Source: Antedon mediterranea
Lineage: Eukaryota; Animalia; Echinodermata
DNA: 64,000 nucleotides
NCBI RefSeq assembly: GCF_964355755.1
Contig: NC_092678.1
Span: 20,911,365 to 20,975,364 of the forward strand
Direction of reading: 5' to 3'
The notes beneath the pieces are model-generated. The model was given only the letters and a program-made list of their open reading frames with translations, searched no databases and had not been told where the DNA came from. The translations under genes were made by a program, and so were the position numbers. Of this stretch, positions 1 through 38,200 are shown in pieces; position 1 is the first letter of the stretch; every line of letters begins with the position of its first letter.

Positions 1-484
1 ATATAGGTATAGTATAAATTAGAAATATCGGGATATTTGTATTTATTCAAAATATCGGAGGGAAATTGCATTTTATCGGGAGACGGGAAGTGACTAAAAA
101 GAGACTCCCGCCATTATAGGGAGAGTTGGGGGTTTTTTTTGCCAAATACATTATTTTGTTTCCGACCGCAATACGTCACTGGTCTTTTGTTTGTTACATT
201 CCATGCATTTTATTTATGGTATTCTTTTTCGTGTCATGCCATTGAATGTTAATGTTGTTTAGTCTGTATACATGCAGTTATAACTTTTGTTTTTTTTATA
301 GAGCGTTTAATGCTCTTAATACTGTAGATTGGTTCTAGTTATTATAGTTTTTTTTTTATTCTTTCTATTTCTCCTTCAATTGTGGTTGTGGTCTTCATCG
401 AGTTTGTGTATCCCCATAAGAGTTATTCGAATTTTGCATCTACAGCTGTTCCTTAAATAGAACAAGCAAAGGTACTGTAGGCCT

Positions 485-1838
485 ATACTTAATATGTACA
501 CAGTATGTATACCTAATATGTACACAGTATGTATACCTAATATGTACACAGTATGTATACTTAATATGTACACAGTATGTATACTTAATATGTACACAGT
601 ATGTATACTTAATATGTACACAGTATGTATACCTAATATGTACACAGTATGTATACCTAATATTTTCACAGTATGTATACCTAATATGTACACAGTATGT
701 ATACTTAATATGTACACAGTATGTATACTTAATATGTACACAGTATGTATACTTAATATGTACACAGTATGTATACTTAATATGTACACAGTATGTATAC
801 TTAATATGTACACAGTATGTATACTTAATATGTACACAGTATGTATACTTAATATGTACACAGTATGTATACTTAATATGTACACAGTATGTATACTTAA
901 TATGTACACAGTATGTATACTTAATATGTACACAGTATGTATACTTAATATGTACACAGTATGTATACCTAATATGTACACAGTATGTATACTTAATATG
1001 TACACAGTATGTATACTTAATATGTACACAGTATATATACTTAATATGTACACAGTATGTATACTTAATATGTACACAGTATGTATACTTAATATGTACA
1101 CAGTATGTATACTTAATATGTACACAGTATGTATACTTAATATGTACACAGTATGTATACCTAATATGTACACAGTATGTATACTTAATATGTACACAGT
1201 ATGTATACCTAATATGTACACAGTATGTATACTTAATATGTACACAGTATGTATACTTAATATGTACACAGTATGTATACTTAATATGTACACAGTATGT
1301 ATACTTAATATGTACACAGTATGTATACTTAATATGTACACAGTATGTATACTTAATATGTACACAGTATGTATACTTAATATGTACACAGTATGTATAC
1401 TTAATATGTACACAGTATGTATACTTAATATGTACACAGTATGTATACTTAATATGTACACAGTATGTATACCTAATATGTACACAGTATGTATACTTAA
1501 TATGTACACAGTATGTATACTTAATATGTACACAGTATATATACTTAATATGTACACAGTATGTATACTTAATATGTACACAGTATGTATACTTAATATG
1601 TACACAGTATGTATACTTAATATGTACACAGTATGTATACTTAATATGTACACAGTATGTATACCTAATATGTACACAGTATGTATACTTAATATGTACA
1701 CAGTATGTATACCTAATATGTACACAGTATGTATACTTAATATGTACACAGTATGTATACTTAATATGTACACAGTATGTATACTTAATATGTACACAGT
1801 ATGTATACATAATATATACACAGTATGTATACCTTAAT
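485..1838. repeat. 24-bp minisatellite (AATATGTACACAGTATGTATACYT), ~56 copies
   Basis: Visible tandem array; the 8-aa periodic ORFs (MYTVCILN) confirm the 24-bp period. About 2 units of the same motif occur at 57385-57440. Confidence 0.97.
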
Positions 1839-1996
1839 ATTTAAAATTTAAAATGGCGGATGGAAAAGACTGGACTAGTTCACCGACATCTTGTCTTGCA
1901 ATCAATAATATAATGATTAATATAGATTTTATTATGTGAAATGGGCCGGAGGCCATTGTTTATTGAAATAAAATAGAGAAAAGAAAGATTTCATTC

Positions 1997-2595
1997 CATG
2001 AGGTAATTTCCCGATTGATCGTAATCAAAACGGTACTGGGTTTGGTCTACTAGCGTTCCTGCTCCCAACCAGTACATCCATTCATAGAAGCCTTAATGAA
2101 GTAAGCCTACCTGGTGGTGGCCATAGAACGGTCCCGAGATAACGACTATACTTCGGCTTTAGTCGATAGAAGATTGAATAAATTGTTAGAGATAGAGTAT
2201 ACGATGTTATGATTATGTGTAGATATGTGATTTGTTCTTTATATTCCAATGATGTTATGTATTTAATAAATTTGTTATATCAATTAATTAAATTATCGTA
2301 GATTGCATATTATGCGATGAATATTATTTAATAAATTTTTGATATATTATTATTATTATATTAATAAAAAAGATATTTGTTAGTATAAATTAAAAAATAT
2401 AGATACATTGAACTTGACCTTTGATTGAATATCGAAACGTGGCAGGCTGAAGGCGCTTGACCTTTGACAAGATCGCCTAAATTTTTAATATATTAACTTT
2501 ACAATACTTAGTGTTGTATATTCTGGTACAGCCGCTCCATAATCTCTTTGCTTTTCTTCCTTATATCTATATTTTTAATTTATACTAACAAATAT

Positions 2596-2628
<33 letters not shown>

Positions 2629-3266
2629 ATATATCAAACATTTATTAAATAATATTTATTGCATAATATGCAATCTACGATAATTGAATTAATTGATATA
2701 ACAAATTTATTAAATACATAACATCATTTGAATAAAAAGAACAAATCACACATCTACACGTACGTAATCAAACATCGTATACTCTATCTCTAACAATTTT
2801 TTCAAACTTCTGTCGACTAAAGCCGAAGTATAGTCGTTATCGCGGAACCGTTCTATGGTTACCACCAGGTAGGCTTACTTCATCAAAGCTTCTATGAATG
2901 GATGTACTGGTTGGGAGCAGAAAAACTAGTAGACCATACCCAGTACCGTTTTGATTTCGATCAATCGGGAAATTAACCTCACGAATATTATTAAATACAT
3001 AACATCATTTGAATAAAAAGAACAAATCACACATCTACACGTACGTAATCAAACATCGTATACTCTATCTCTAACAATTTTTTCAAACTTCTGTCGACTA
3101 AAGCCGAAGTATAGTCATTATCTCGGAACCGTTCTATGGTTACCACCAGGTAGGCTTACTTCATCAAAGCTTCTATGAATGGATGTACTGGTTGGGAGCA
3201 GAAAAACTAGTAGACCATACCCAGTACCGTTTTGATTACGATCAATCGGGAAATTACCTCACGACA
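1997..3266. mobile_element. Palindromic non-autonomous DNA transposon (MITE/foldback) with a duplicated right arm
   Basis: Left arm (catgaggtaatttcccgattgatcgtaatcaaaacggtactggg, 1997-~2410) is the reverse complement of ~2560-2983; 2983-3266 repeats ~2707-2983. Absent from the paralogous site at ~57590. Another copy of the end lies at ~41710-41790. Confidence 0.85.
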
Positions 3267-3736
3267 TATATTTAAATTTAAAAATAAGGATATAAACAAC
3301 ATTTGCACCGTCTACCTTTGACGATGATTGTCAGCGATAATGTAGACACTTTTTAGTGTTATTGTATTAGATCATATTATGATAGGCCTAATTAGTATTC
3401 TACCCCATGAATTTGATATTGGAAAGATCAATCATCGTTAAGCAGTTTTAAAGCTCCAATAACAAATTATTCGACTGGTGAATGTATTTGACGCACACTT
3501 ACTTTTATAGCACCATGTTATACACTATTCTACCCGATGCAATTGACATCGGAAAGTAAACCCTAACCCCACCCCCATGAAATTGACATGGAAAAGTCCA
3601 ATAATCGCATTGTAGTAAATATAGTTTCAATACAAAATCATCCGACTGGTAAATGTATTTTTGCTTTCAACACTTCCTTATAGCACCCTGTTATGCTAAT
3701 AATCATAGTATTTGTAATTGTCTATAAATGGGTTAT

Positions 3737-3765
3737 GGATTTCCAGTTTTTTTAGAATATATAAA
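3737..3765 (+). promoter_or_regulatory. Putative core promoter of kinase gene 1 (GGATTTCC motif and TATATAAA box)
   Basis: TATATAAA at 3758-3765, ~100 bp upstream of the ATG, preceded by ggatttcc. The same arrangement is conserved before kinase 3 (62562-62589). Confidence 0.45.
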
Positions 3766-3863
3766 GAGGCTAGGAACCACATTTGCATCGTCACCCACCG
3801 TCCACCTATTGAAGACGATTGATTGAGTGATCGGTTTTCAAGTTACTTTATTACTAACTCAAA

Positions 3864-29277
<25,414 letters not shown>

Positions 29278-30639
29278 ACATGATTGAATATTGTTCCTGT
29301 CTTAAATCCTTGTTAGTGTATCACGTATCATTGCCATTTCAATTGGCCAATCTCTATTTTTTCGATTGGTATTGGTTAACCCAACCTTCAAACGCGCTTC
29401 TTGATGATTCATTACTCTCAGATATCTACAATTCCAAAAAATCTGTCTGAAGAAATAGATGTTCGTGCAGTGGTACATCACCATCATAGAATCCACAGTT
29501 TTCAAATGACGCCCAAAAGGGATTTTAAGTCAGTCAGTCATGCTTTATGTTGGACAATAAAGTTGTTACTGCATTACTGGATTTTATTGTAAATAAACAG
29601 GTGGAATAAGATTGTAGCATTCCATACAGAACATTAATTATAATAATCAATTTGATGATCGTATGAGAGGTAAATATTATATTTTTAAAGATAAAATTGT
29701 TAGATTAGAGGTGATAAAAACAAATAATAAGACTACTTTGATTTTGAAAAATTAAGGTTTTTGTTTCATAAATAAAATAAAATTAGATAAAATCAAAGAT
29801 TCTGGCATCTTAAATCCTTGCCAAATACACGAATGTTATACTGTTTGATAGGTATACTTGTCTTACTGTGTTATTTGTATCATTGTATAGTGTACAAATA
29901 CTCCACACGCTTGTATTTAAGAAATAGAAAAATGCATCAAAACAAAATTGTTTACAAAAGTTATTTGTTATTGTTTTTCGGAAGTATATGTTGCTGTTTT
30001 GTCTATATAATGTCGTGAGATATTACCAAGTTATAAAAACAATCAAAGTGATACCGGTATCCTGGGTTTAGTCTAGTCGTACCAACTAGCGACTTTTAGG
30101 CCTATAGTCTGTTTCGGTTCAGCACTCTCGTGTTTAGTCATTATGTATTACTTGTATCTGGTAACGATTGCCTTTCATACGTTCTTTAAGGTTTCCTTGC
30201 ACATTTAAGTGCAAAGAAAGCCCATCGGTGGCGCCAGTCTGCATGGATGTGTGCGTTGATTCTGTGACTCAGCCCTGGGCCTAGCAGTGTTGAATCATTT
30301 ACAGAAGTTGTCACGGGTGAAAGCGTTAGCTTAATTCGATTATTATGTAGGCCCAGAAAAAAAAGAAACCCATGTAGTGTGTCAGGCTCTCTCTGCAAAT
30401 GCAAGTGGACACTTTCCTAACATTACGACAATTGTACAAACAAAATATCTACAGATTTGTCTTAGTAAATACTATTTATTATTCATTAATTCGTGGACTA
30501 ACTTGATCATCTAAACAATTTGGCCCGTCTTACAAGTTGGTCCGATCGTTTAAGTCTGATTGTCTGGTCCTGAATATCTTGCAACCTTATTGGGCCGGGT
30601 CGTCTTCAAATGGGCCGGTCATCCATGGTCCAAATCATT

Positions 30640-30737
30640 ATTAGTCGCGTCTCTATAGCTTATCACTATGTCGGTCGGTCGGTAAACACTAACTCAAATT
30701 TGCTCACGCGACTGCAGCCATGATATAGCCTTGTTTA
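30640..30737. mobile_element. Short deleted copy of the HINE-like element, in opposite orientation to 7251-7971
   Basis: ttagtcgcgtctctatagc..(gtcg)n gtaaacactaa..cacgcgactgcagccat..ccttgttt. Confidence 0.55.
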
Positions 30738-30859
30738 ACCTACTTTAACTCGGCCAGCTACGCTATAAAAATAAAGTTGCTACTGGAAACTATGTATGTA
30801 ATCTATTATTATGTGTGATTGATTTTTTCCGTCCATATGAAAATTCCCTGAATAAATAT

Positions 30860-33480
30860 GATTGGCTGTGGACTAACTACACGGAATTAATGAATTATCA
30901 TTCATAAGTATTCTGACGAAGATGGAAGAATTATTATACTTGGTATATTACTTAAGAATAAACAAATCAATCTCATAAATGTATATGCACCAAATAACTA
31001 TAAAGAGAGAGCAATTTTTTTAAAGAAGCTTGACAAGAAAATTGATAATCTTTGCAATGTTAAAGATGAGTGTATAATGATGGGGGGGGGGGGGGGGGTG
31101 GTGACATGAATTGTGTTTTACAACATAATGCTGACCAAAGAAACAGCCTGTATCTAAGCTATGACAAATCTCAATTTAAAAAAAATGTATTCATAAATCA
31201 AAGCTCTGTGATATTTGGAGAATAAGTCATGAAACAAAAACCCAATTTACTTGGCGACGTAAAAATACATATAGAAGGTTAGATTACTGGCTGATATCTA
31301 GTGTACTATACAAACATGGTGATGTTATTGACACCGATATCAGACCTTCTGTTCTTTCAGACCATCAAGCTATTTCGTTGAAAATTATAAATAGTCATGA
31401 AAAAAAGGACCTGGAAATTGGAAATTCAATAATAGTTTTTTGGAGAATAAAGATTTTATACAAAGCATTTAAAATATTATTGAAAATATTTAAAAAAAAA
31501 TGAAAACAAGCTTAATCCAAGTCTCTTATGGGAATACCTAAAAATTAAAATAAAGGAATTCTCGTGTAAATACGGAATAAATAAGAAAATGCAAAAAAAT
31601 ATAAGAAAGAATACATTAATTAAAGATGAGCTTGATGGTCCGTATGATCAAAAGACAGAAAAGATATTAAATAACAAATTAAACGAGCTAAACCAAATTT
31701 ATACATCTGAAGCAAAAGGAGCACAAATTAGGGCTCGAGTAGAATGGACTGAAAAGGGGGAAAGAAATATTAAGTTCTTTTTAGGTTTAGAAAAAATCAA
31801 GGCTAAGAAAAAACATATTACGTCAGTTCTTAAACCTAATGGGAAAATTACTACAAACACCCAAGAAATTCTTAACGAGCAAGTTAGGTTTTTCAAAGAA
31901 TTGTATGAAGAATCCCCTTTAAACCAGGAAAATATTAATAGTTATTTTGGTAGTACTAAAATCAATACGCTGTCAGTTGAAGAAAAGCAAAAATGTGAAG
32001 GTATGTTAAAAAATTATGAATGCAAAATGGCTCTTTTAAACATGAAGTTAAATAAAAGTCCTGGTACAGATGGGCTAACAGTCGATTCTACTTCAGTTTC
32101 TTGAATAAAACACTGACATCTTCGCAACGTAAAGGTATTATTTCATTACTGTATAAAAAAGGTGAAAGAGAGAAGCTTCATAATTGGAGACCTATTACTC
32201 TTTTGAATATTGATTATAAGATTATTGAACAAGTGTTAGCCAATGATTTGATTCTGTTGGCAGATATTTTATGTTTAAAACTTTAGAAAAATTTGGTTTT
32301 GGTATTCAATTATATACAATGGGTTAAAGTTATGTATAACGATACTGAAAGTTACATTGTAAATAATGGATGGATGTCAGAAAGTGTTTTAATGAATAGA
32401 GGAATCCGTCAAGTTTGTCCACTCTCAGCATAAAAGAAATAATTTGTGTAAAGGTATCAAATTGCCGTCAGTAACTAATGAAAATGTTAATGTAAAGATT
32501 GCACAATTAGCAAACGATACTGTGATTTTTGCCAAGAATGAAAAAGCCAAACAAAGTTATTTTAACGAAATTGATTGTTATTGTGAAATGTCAGATCTGA
32601 TGCTAAATAAATCCAAGACAAGGGGAATGTGGATTGGCTGTGATAAAAAGAAAATTAGTAACTATTGCAACATTACTTTTAATCAAGAACCTATTAAGTT
32701 TCTAGGTATTTACATTGGTTATGATAAGGATATTTGCAATACAAGAAATTGGTATGAGAAAATTGAAAATCTAAAAAAGATCCTTAAAACTTGGGAAAAA
32801 AGAAAAATATCATTCTTTGGGAAAATCACGGTTATTAAAACACTAGCGTTATCAAAACTTATTTATAATGCAAGTGTCACAGACTTGCCAAAATCTATTT
32901 TTCCTAAAATAAACAAGATTTTATACAACTTTTTATGACAAAATTAATGAAATATTTTCCATTTTAACTTTCTGTGTTTATAAAAGTAAAGTTAAACATA
33001 GACTAAGACTTGTTAAAAAATGTCCATGGTTAATGTTCACTGCGGAGTTAGAAGGTATAATTAATTGTGAGTTTTTAATAAATAAAGAAAAGGCAAGATA
33101 TGGACCGTAACAATTTAGCAAGGTATAAAATTAACGTTTATAAAATTGATATTTAGGTAAAAATTAAAATATAACTTTTTTTTTGATTGCCTGAAAGAGA
33201 TAAAAAGAGTTATAAAATAAATTGTGGTAAATTATACGTACATTGTTAAGGATCGAAAACGTGTAAAGAGTGTATAACATAGAGGAAAATATTTTGTTCT
33301 TTTTTTTTCTTTCCGTATACTATTATAAAATGCAATGGTGGTAGGAGTGAGATATCAGATGTACTGAAAGTTATTTAATATCAATTATATTGTATTGTAT
33401 CATTACATTACTCATGTGCAATGCATTGTAAACGAACATTTTATTGATGAAGAAATAAAGTGGGTCGATCCTACATAAGA
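30860..33480 (+). mobile_element. Decayed L1/Tx1-clade LINE ORF2 (APE endonuclease + RT)
   Basis: DGRIIIL, INVYAPN, FTWRR, RLDYWLIS, SDHQAI, EKGERNIKFFLGLEK, KSPGTDGL, NWRPITLLNIDYKI, RGIRQVCPLS, IKFLGIY; multiple frameshifts and deletions; AATAAA near 33454. Confidence 0.9.
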
Positions 33481-33996
33481 CAAAAAAACTGCACGGAATT
33501 AGGCTTAGAGTAAATATATTATGATATCACTTCATGAAGCAATCCAATCGGCAGACTATCAGAGCATTACGCAAATCCGTAATGTGTCCATAAAAACCGA
33601 AACAAACGATGTTGTTTACTGCAACTCTGTGTAATATTATTCCATGCTCTGCACATCACCTGTTCACATTATGTGCGCATGAGCATAACGTAAGCTTCAG
33701 TATCGGATGATAAGTTACAGTTGAAAAATAATAGGTGACTGCTAAAAATGTTTTGTGTACGTACTTGTATTTGGAATAAATTGCCCCGTGAAATTCACAA
33801 GTTCTTTTAAAAGAAATACAGGTACTTAAATTATTTGATTACTTATTTTTAAAATTCTTTAATGTCGAAAATCTGTAAAGTTGTTCAATTTCTCATTGTT
33901 GTTGTTATTGTCTATCATACCAAGTTAGCTCGCTTACAAAGTGATCCGGATGTCGGCTAATGGCAAAGGTCAAAAACTACCTTTGAGGTGCAAAAT

Positions 33997-34280
33997 GGGT
34001 AATTCCCAAGAAAGGAACATTCCATAATACCTTAGTAATATATACTGAGGCGTGATATAATCAAATAGATTAACAAAAGAGTCAGCTCTAGTGTAATCAT
34101 ATTAAACAATTGATTATGAGTCATGAACTGACAACAATTATGTTGCTTATCTTAGTTTAATCTATGTCTATTTAAACAAAAATGGAATTCCAATTTCCTA
34201 TTTATAGTACACGGGGAAGTAATTGTTTTAAATTGCTAACACAGTTGATCCGAATATATGGGATATTACGGATTTCCTGT
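33997..34280 (+). promoter_or_regulatory. Putative promoter of kinase gene 2 with kB-like and AP-1 motifs
   Basis: GGGTAATTCCC (33997-34007), TGAGTCA (34117-34123), GGAATTCC (~34184), GGATTTCC (~34271). These are short motifs and chance occurrence is not excluded. Confidence 0.35.
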
Positions 34281-34392
34281 TAAATTAAACACTTTCGAAA
34301 CTAACATTCTCCCATTCTTTCCAACATGTTGACGATTTGATAGGCGGTTGAAACTATTTGAGTGTTTAATGTTACTTTGTTCCAAATGTGAA

Positions 34393-35254
34393 ATGGATAT
34401 ATCAAGTGGAAATTGTATTATTCCATCTGATGAAATTTACTTCGGACAGAGCAATACGCTTGGAATAGGTTCAACATCGGTTGTCCATAAAGCCACGCGA
34501 AAAACCGACAATCATAAAATTGGAGTAGCCGTGAAGATTTATCAGAAAATCTGTGACAAAGAGTTTAGCCTTCTCAAAGATCTTGATCACAAAAATATAA
34601 TAAAATTCTACGGTGTGTATAAAAAGGAACCTTCCATTGGCATTGTAATGGAATTGGCATCTGATGGGGATTTGTGTAAGTTTCTAGCTACAAAAAGACA
34701 GGAAAGTAAAGCTGCAGGCATACTTTCGCGATTACCAGAATCGCAATTTGTTCAGTGGAGTATTGACATCGCTTCTGCCGTTCAGTACTTACACAAAAAG
34801 TGCATAACTCACAAGGACATTAAGTCATTGAATTGTCTGTTAAGCGACGATAAGGAAAACGGGCTGAATGTACTTAAGTTGTGTGATTTTGGAATTTCTA
34901 AACAATCAGACGGTACAGGTACGGTAATTGCAACTTCTGGAGGATGTACAAAACGCTGGGCTGCACCGGAAGTTATCAAAAATCCTACTTTAGTATGTCC
35001 AAAATCTGATATTTATTCATTGAGTGTTGTTTTATGGGAAGCATGGACTTGCCAGGGACCATGGGAAGGGTTAGAAGAGTTTGAAATGTCAATGAATATA
35101 GTCAATGGAATTTCACTAGAGATTCCAAACGACTTTCCGGAGGCATTGCGTTCAATGATTGAACAGTGTTGGAGCACAGCAAGAGAACGACGCTGCAATA
35201 TAGATGAAGTGCTGAATTACCTAGAAACGTTCAGAAACGCTTTGAAAGATAACG
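34393..35254 (+). CDS. Kinase 2 exon: TKL/MAP3K-like non-RD kinase domain
   Basis: True start is probably MDISSGN (aligns with MDKPNQD of kinase 1); LGIGSTSVV, VAVK, HKDIKSLN, DFG, RWAAPE; donor AACG|GTAAAT, phase 1. Confidence 0.92.
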
Positions 35255-38200
35255 GTAAATGTTTTATTATTTCCTTAGATAGGCATATTCAGTAATTTAA
35301 GTTTAAATGTATACATTCGTTTACATGAGGTATCGTTCATGGTTTTCAAACACAGGATAAAATAACCTATGAAGCTGTGAAATAAAACAATTATGGTTAG
35401 TAAAATATGTGTATGTGCGTAGAGTGTAACATTGCAACATACACAATGCATATAATGGTTACAATTATTAAATTTTTCTAACGTTTCGAATGACATTTAA
35501 TAAGGTTCTATGATAACCATTGTATTTGTTGATTTTCTAATTTAATATTGACGTTTTATTTTCACTACAACCGTTACATTGACGTTCGTATTTGAAATTT
35601 CATTGCGTTGTTTTGCATATATTTTTGCATAATCTTGCATATTCCCGATTGTAAAGAAACACCAAACGACAGTTCTGTATCCTCCGATGAAGGGCTTAAA
35701 GCAGTAAGTGATGTTCGCATCGATGGAATACAGCAAAGCAGTTGTGCAGCAGTTATTTCAGAACCTCTTGGAAATAACAAAGTTGAAGTGGGGTCGTTAT
35801 TAGGCAACCCACGCAAAATGAAAGAATCATCGACTGTATGCAAAGAAGACGAAGAAAACAGTTTTGATCAACCAGATAACTAAGTCTTTTCTGATCCGTC
35901 CCAAAGATTAAGTGATTCAAATGAACGGAATTTGGACATTGCTACAGATAATACAGAACATGACCATGGTAAGATCCTAATTCGGCCTACATTTCGTTAT
36001 TTATGTGGAAAAAACCAACAGAAACAAAGATCGAAACCTCATCACAATAAACAATCCAAATAGAAAGCACATTAAGTATCGTTCTCAAATGTTATTTTTA
36101 CATTAAACTTGAATTAAATGTTCATATTTTATTATGATGCCAGTGGCTCGAATTTAAAAAAATGCCATTGGAAAACTAGATAACTAATTTCCTAATGCCC
36201 AAATGACCTTATTTGGAAAATACATATACATTATATTTATTTATTCAAAATCCAATCAGTTAAAAAAGAAGACTGATTTCTTTTCCTATTTCTAATTTCA
36301 CTGCTATTCATTTTACTTTTCCTTCACAGGTAATAACGTTGAGGCAGAAGAAAAGTATCGTTCTCAAATGTTATTTTTACATTAAACTTTAATTAAATGT
36401 TCATATTTTATTATGATGCCAGTGGCTCGAATTAAAAAAAAATGCCATTGGAAAACTAGATAACTAATTTCCTAATGCCCAATTACCTTATTTGGAAAAT
36501 ACATATACATTATATTTATTTATTCAAAATCCAATCAGTTAAAAAAGAAGACTGATTTCTTTTCCTATTTCTAATTTCAATGCTATTCCTTTTACTTTTC
36601 CTTCACAGGTAATAACGTTGAGGCAGAAGAAAAGTATCGTTCTCAAATGTTATTTTTACATTAAACTTTAATTAAATGTTCATATTTTATTATGATGCCA
36701 GTGGCTCGAATTAAAAAAAAATGCCATTGGAAAACTAGATAACTAATTTCCTAATGCACAATGACCTTATTTGGAAAATACATATACATTATATTTATTT
36801 ATTCAAAATACAATCAGTTAAAAAAGAAGACTGATTTCTTTTCCTATTTTTAATTTCAATGCTATTCCTTTTACTTTTCCGTCACAGGTAATAACGTTGA
36901 GGCAGAAGAAAAGGAGCATTCAGATATGTAAGTGAAAACACTTACTTCAATTTGAAAAAAAAACAAGACAAGAATTAAGTTGGTTATTACTTTAAAAAAA
37001 AAACTGACTGTACACATATAAAGTAAACCACTATTTATAACATTATTCATTATTTGTATCTATACTTATTTTAATTTTCTATATAGTACCAACACCAACA
37101 GAAATATTATTATTAGAAATATTATAATTAGGCCTATGTTTTGTAAGATCCATCTATTATAAAATAATGATTGTAAAGAGTTAAATAAAAAATTCTTCGT
37201 ATCTTTATGAGTTTAATATACGTTGTTTTATAAAATTGTTATAAGTTCAAGTGCATTTGATAAATGATACAGATATGTTCCTAATATTAATACAGTTATT
37301 ACATTATATTGATATGGAAGTATTCATTACAGGTTTGATCTGATAACACCAGTACCAAAAATTGCTGAATATGGTATGTATGGTATGGTAAATCATCATA
37401 ATTTTTTTTTTTCAAATACCCGTATGGAATAATTGTTACTTAGAAAGACACACTCAATTATTCTACCGTGGAAAGTATATGTTCACACACAATGAGATTA
37501 AATTTTCGTAACTGCACGCTTCAATCAAAATTTAGAACAAACCATTTTCGGTCTAATTTATCGTGTATTAATTTGTTTTGTTTACAGAAGATTGTAATTC
37601 ACTACTAACTGGAAAATCACGCGAGGTACCTTTATGTTTTTTAATATTCTATAAAGCTCTTTAGTAGAATTTGATTTTTCAAAAATAATGCTCACATGCT
37701 ATATATCATGTATTTACTTGTGCACTGTTACCATAGGCATTTTCCAAGCTCCATGGACACATTGAAGAAAGCAACGCAAGTCTAAAACGGGTCAAAGAAG
37801 AATTTTTCGATAAAAAACGATTTCATGAGTTTTTAAGTGAAAGAGAAAGAAGACATTTGATGATAAATATTGTTGATGTAGAACATTTGACAACGAGGTA
37901 TATATAGTGGATTTTAAAATAATTTCATATGAAATTTAGAACTAAAAATTTACAATTTTAGGGAGATCAACTGAAAAAACTTTAAAGTCGTTTATCCGTT
38001 TTGGCAGCTTAAGTACTTGGTTCAAGACATGTCAAGGGCGCATTCCTGCCGTATGTGGATTAATAACCAACATCCTTGATTATGATTATCTTCAACCAAT
38101 GATGAACTTTGCAGTGTATTCACATGTCCAGATGAACATGATAGAATCAATTAGGTATTTATTAAAATTATGTTTATATTATTTTTTCGACTGAGACGTT

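Noticed and set aside
376-1837. 450-480 aa periodic ORFs on both strands
   Set aside because: Artefacts of a stop-free 24-bp minisatellite.
485-1838. CRISPR-like regular repeats
   Set aside because: Head-to-tail units with no unique spacers and no cas genes; eukaryotic context.
34348-34392. N-terminal extension of the kinase 2 ORF
   Set aside because: Starts at TTG; alignment with the paralogues supports the ATG at 34393.
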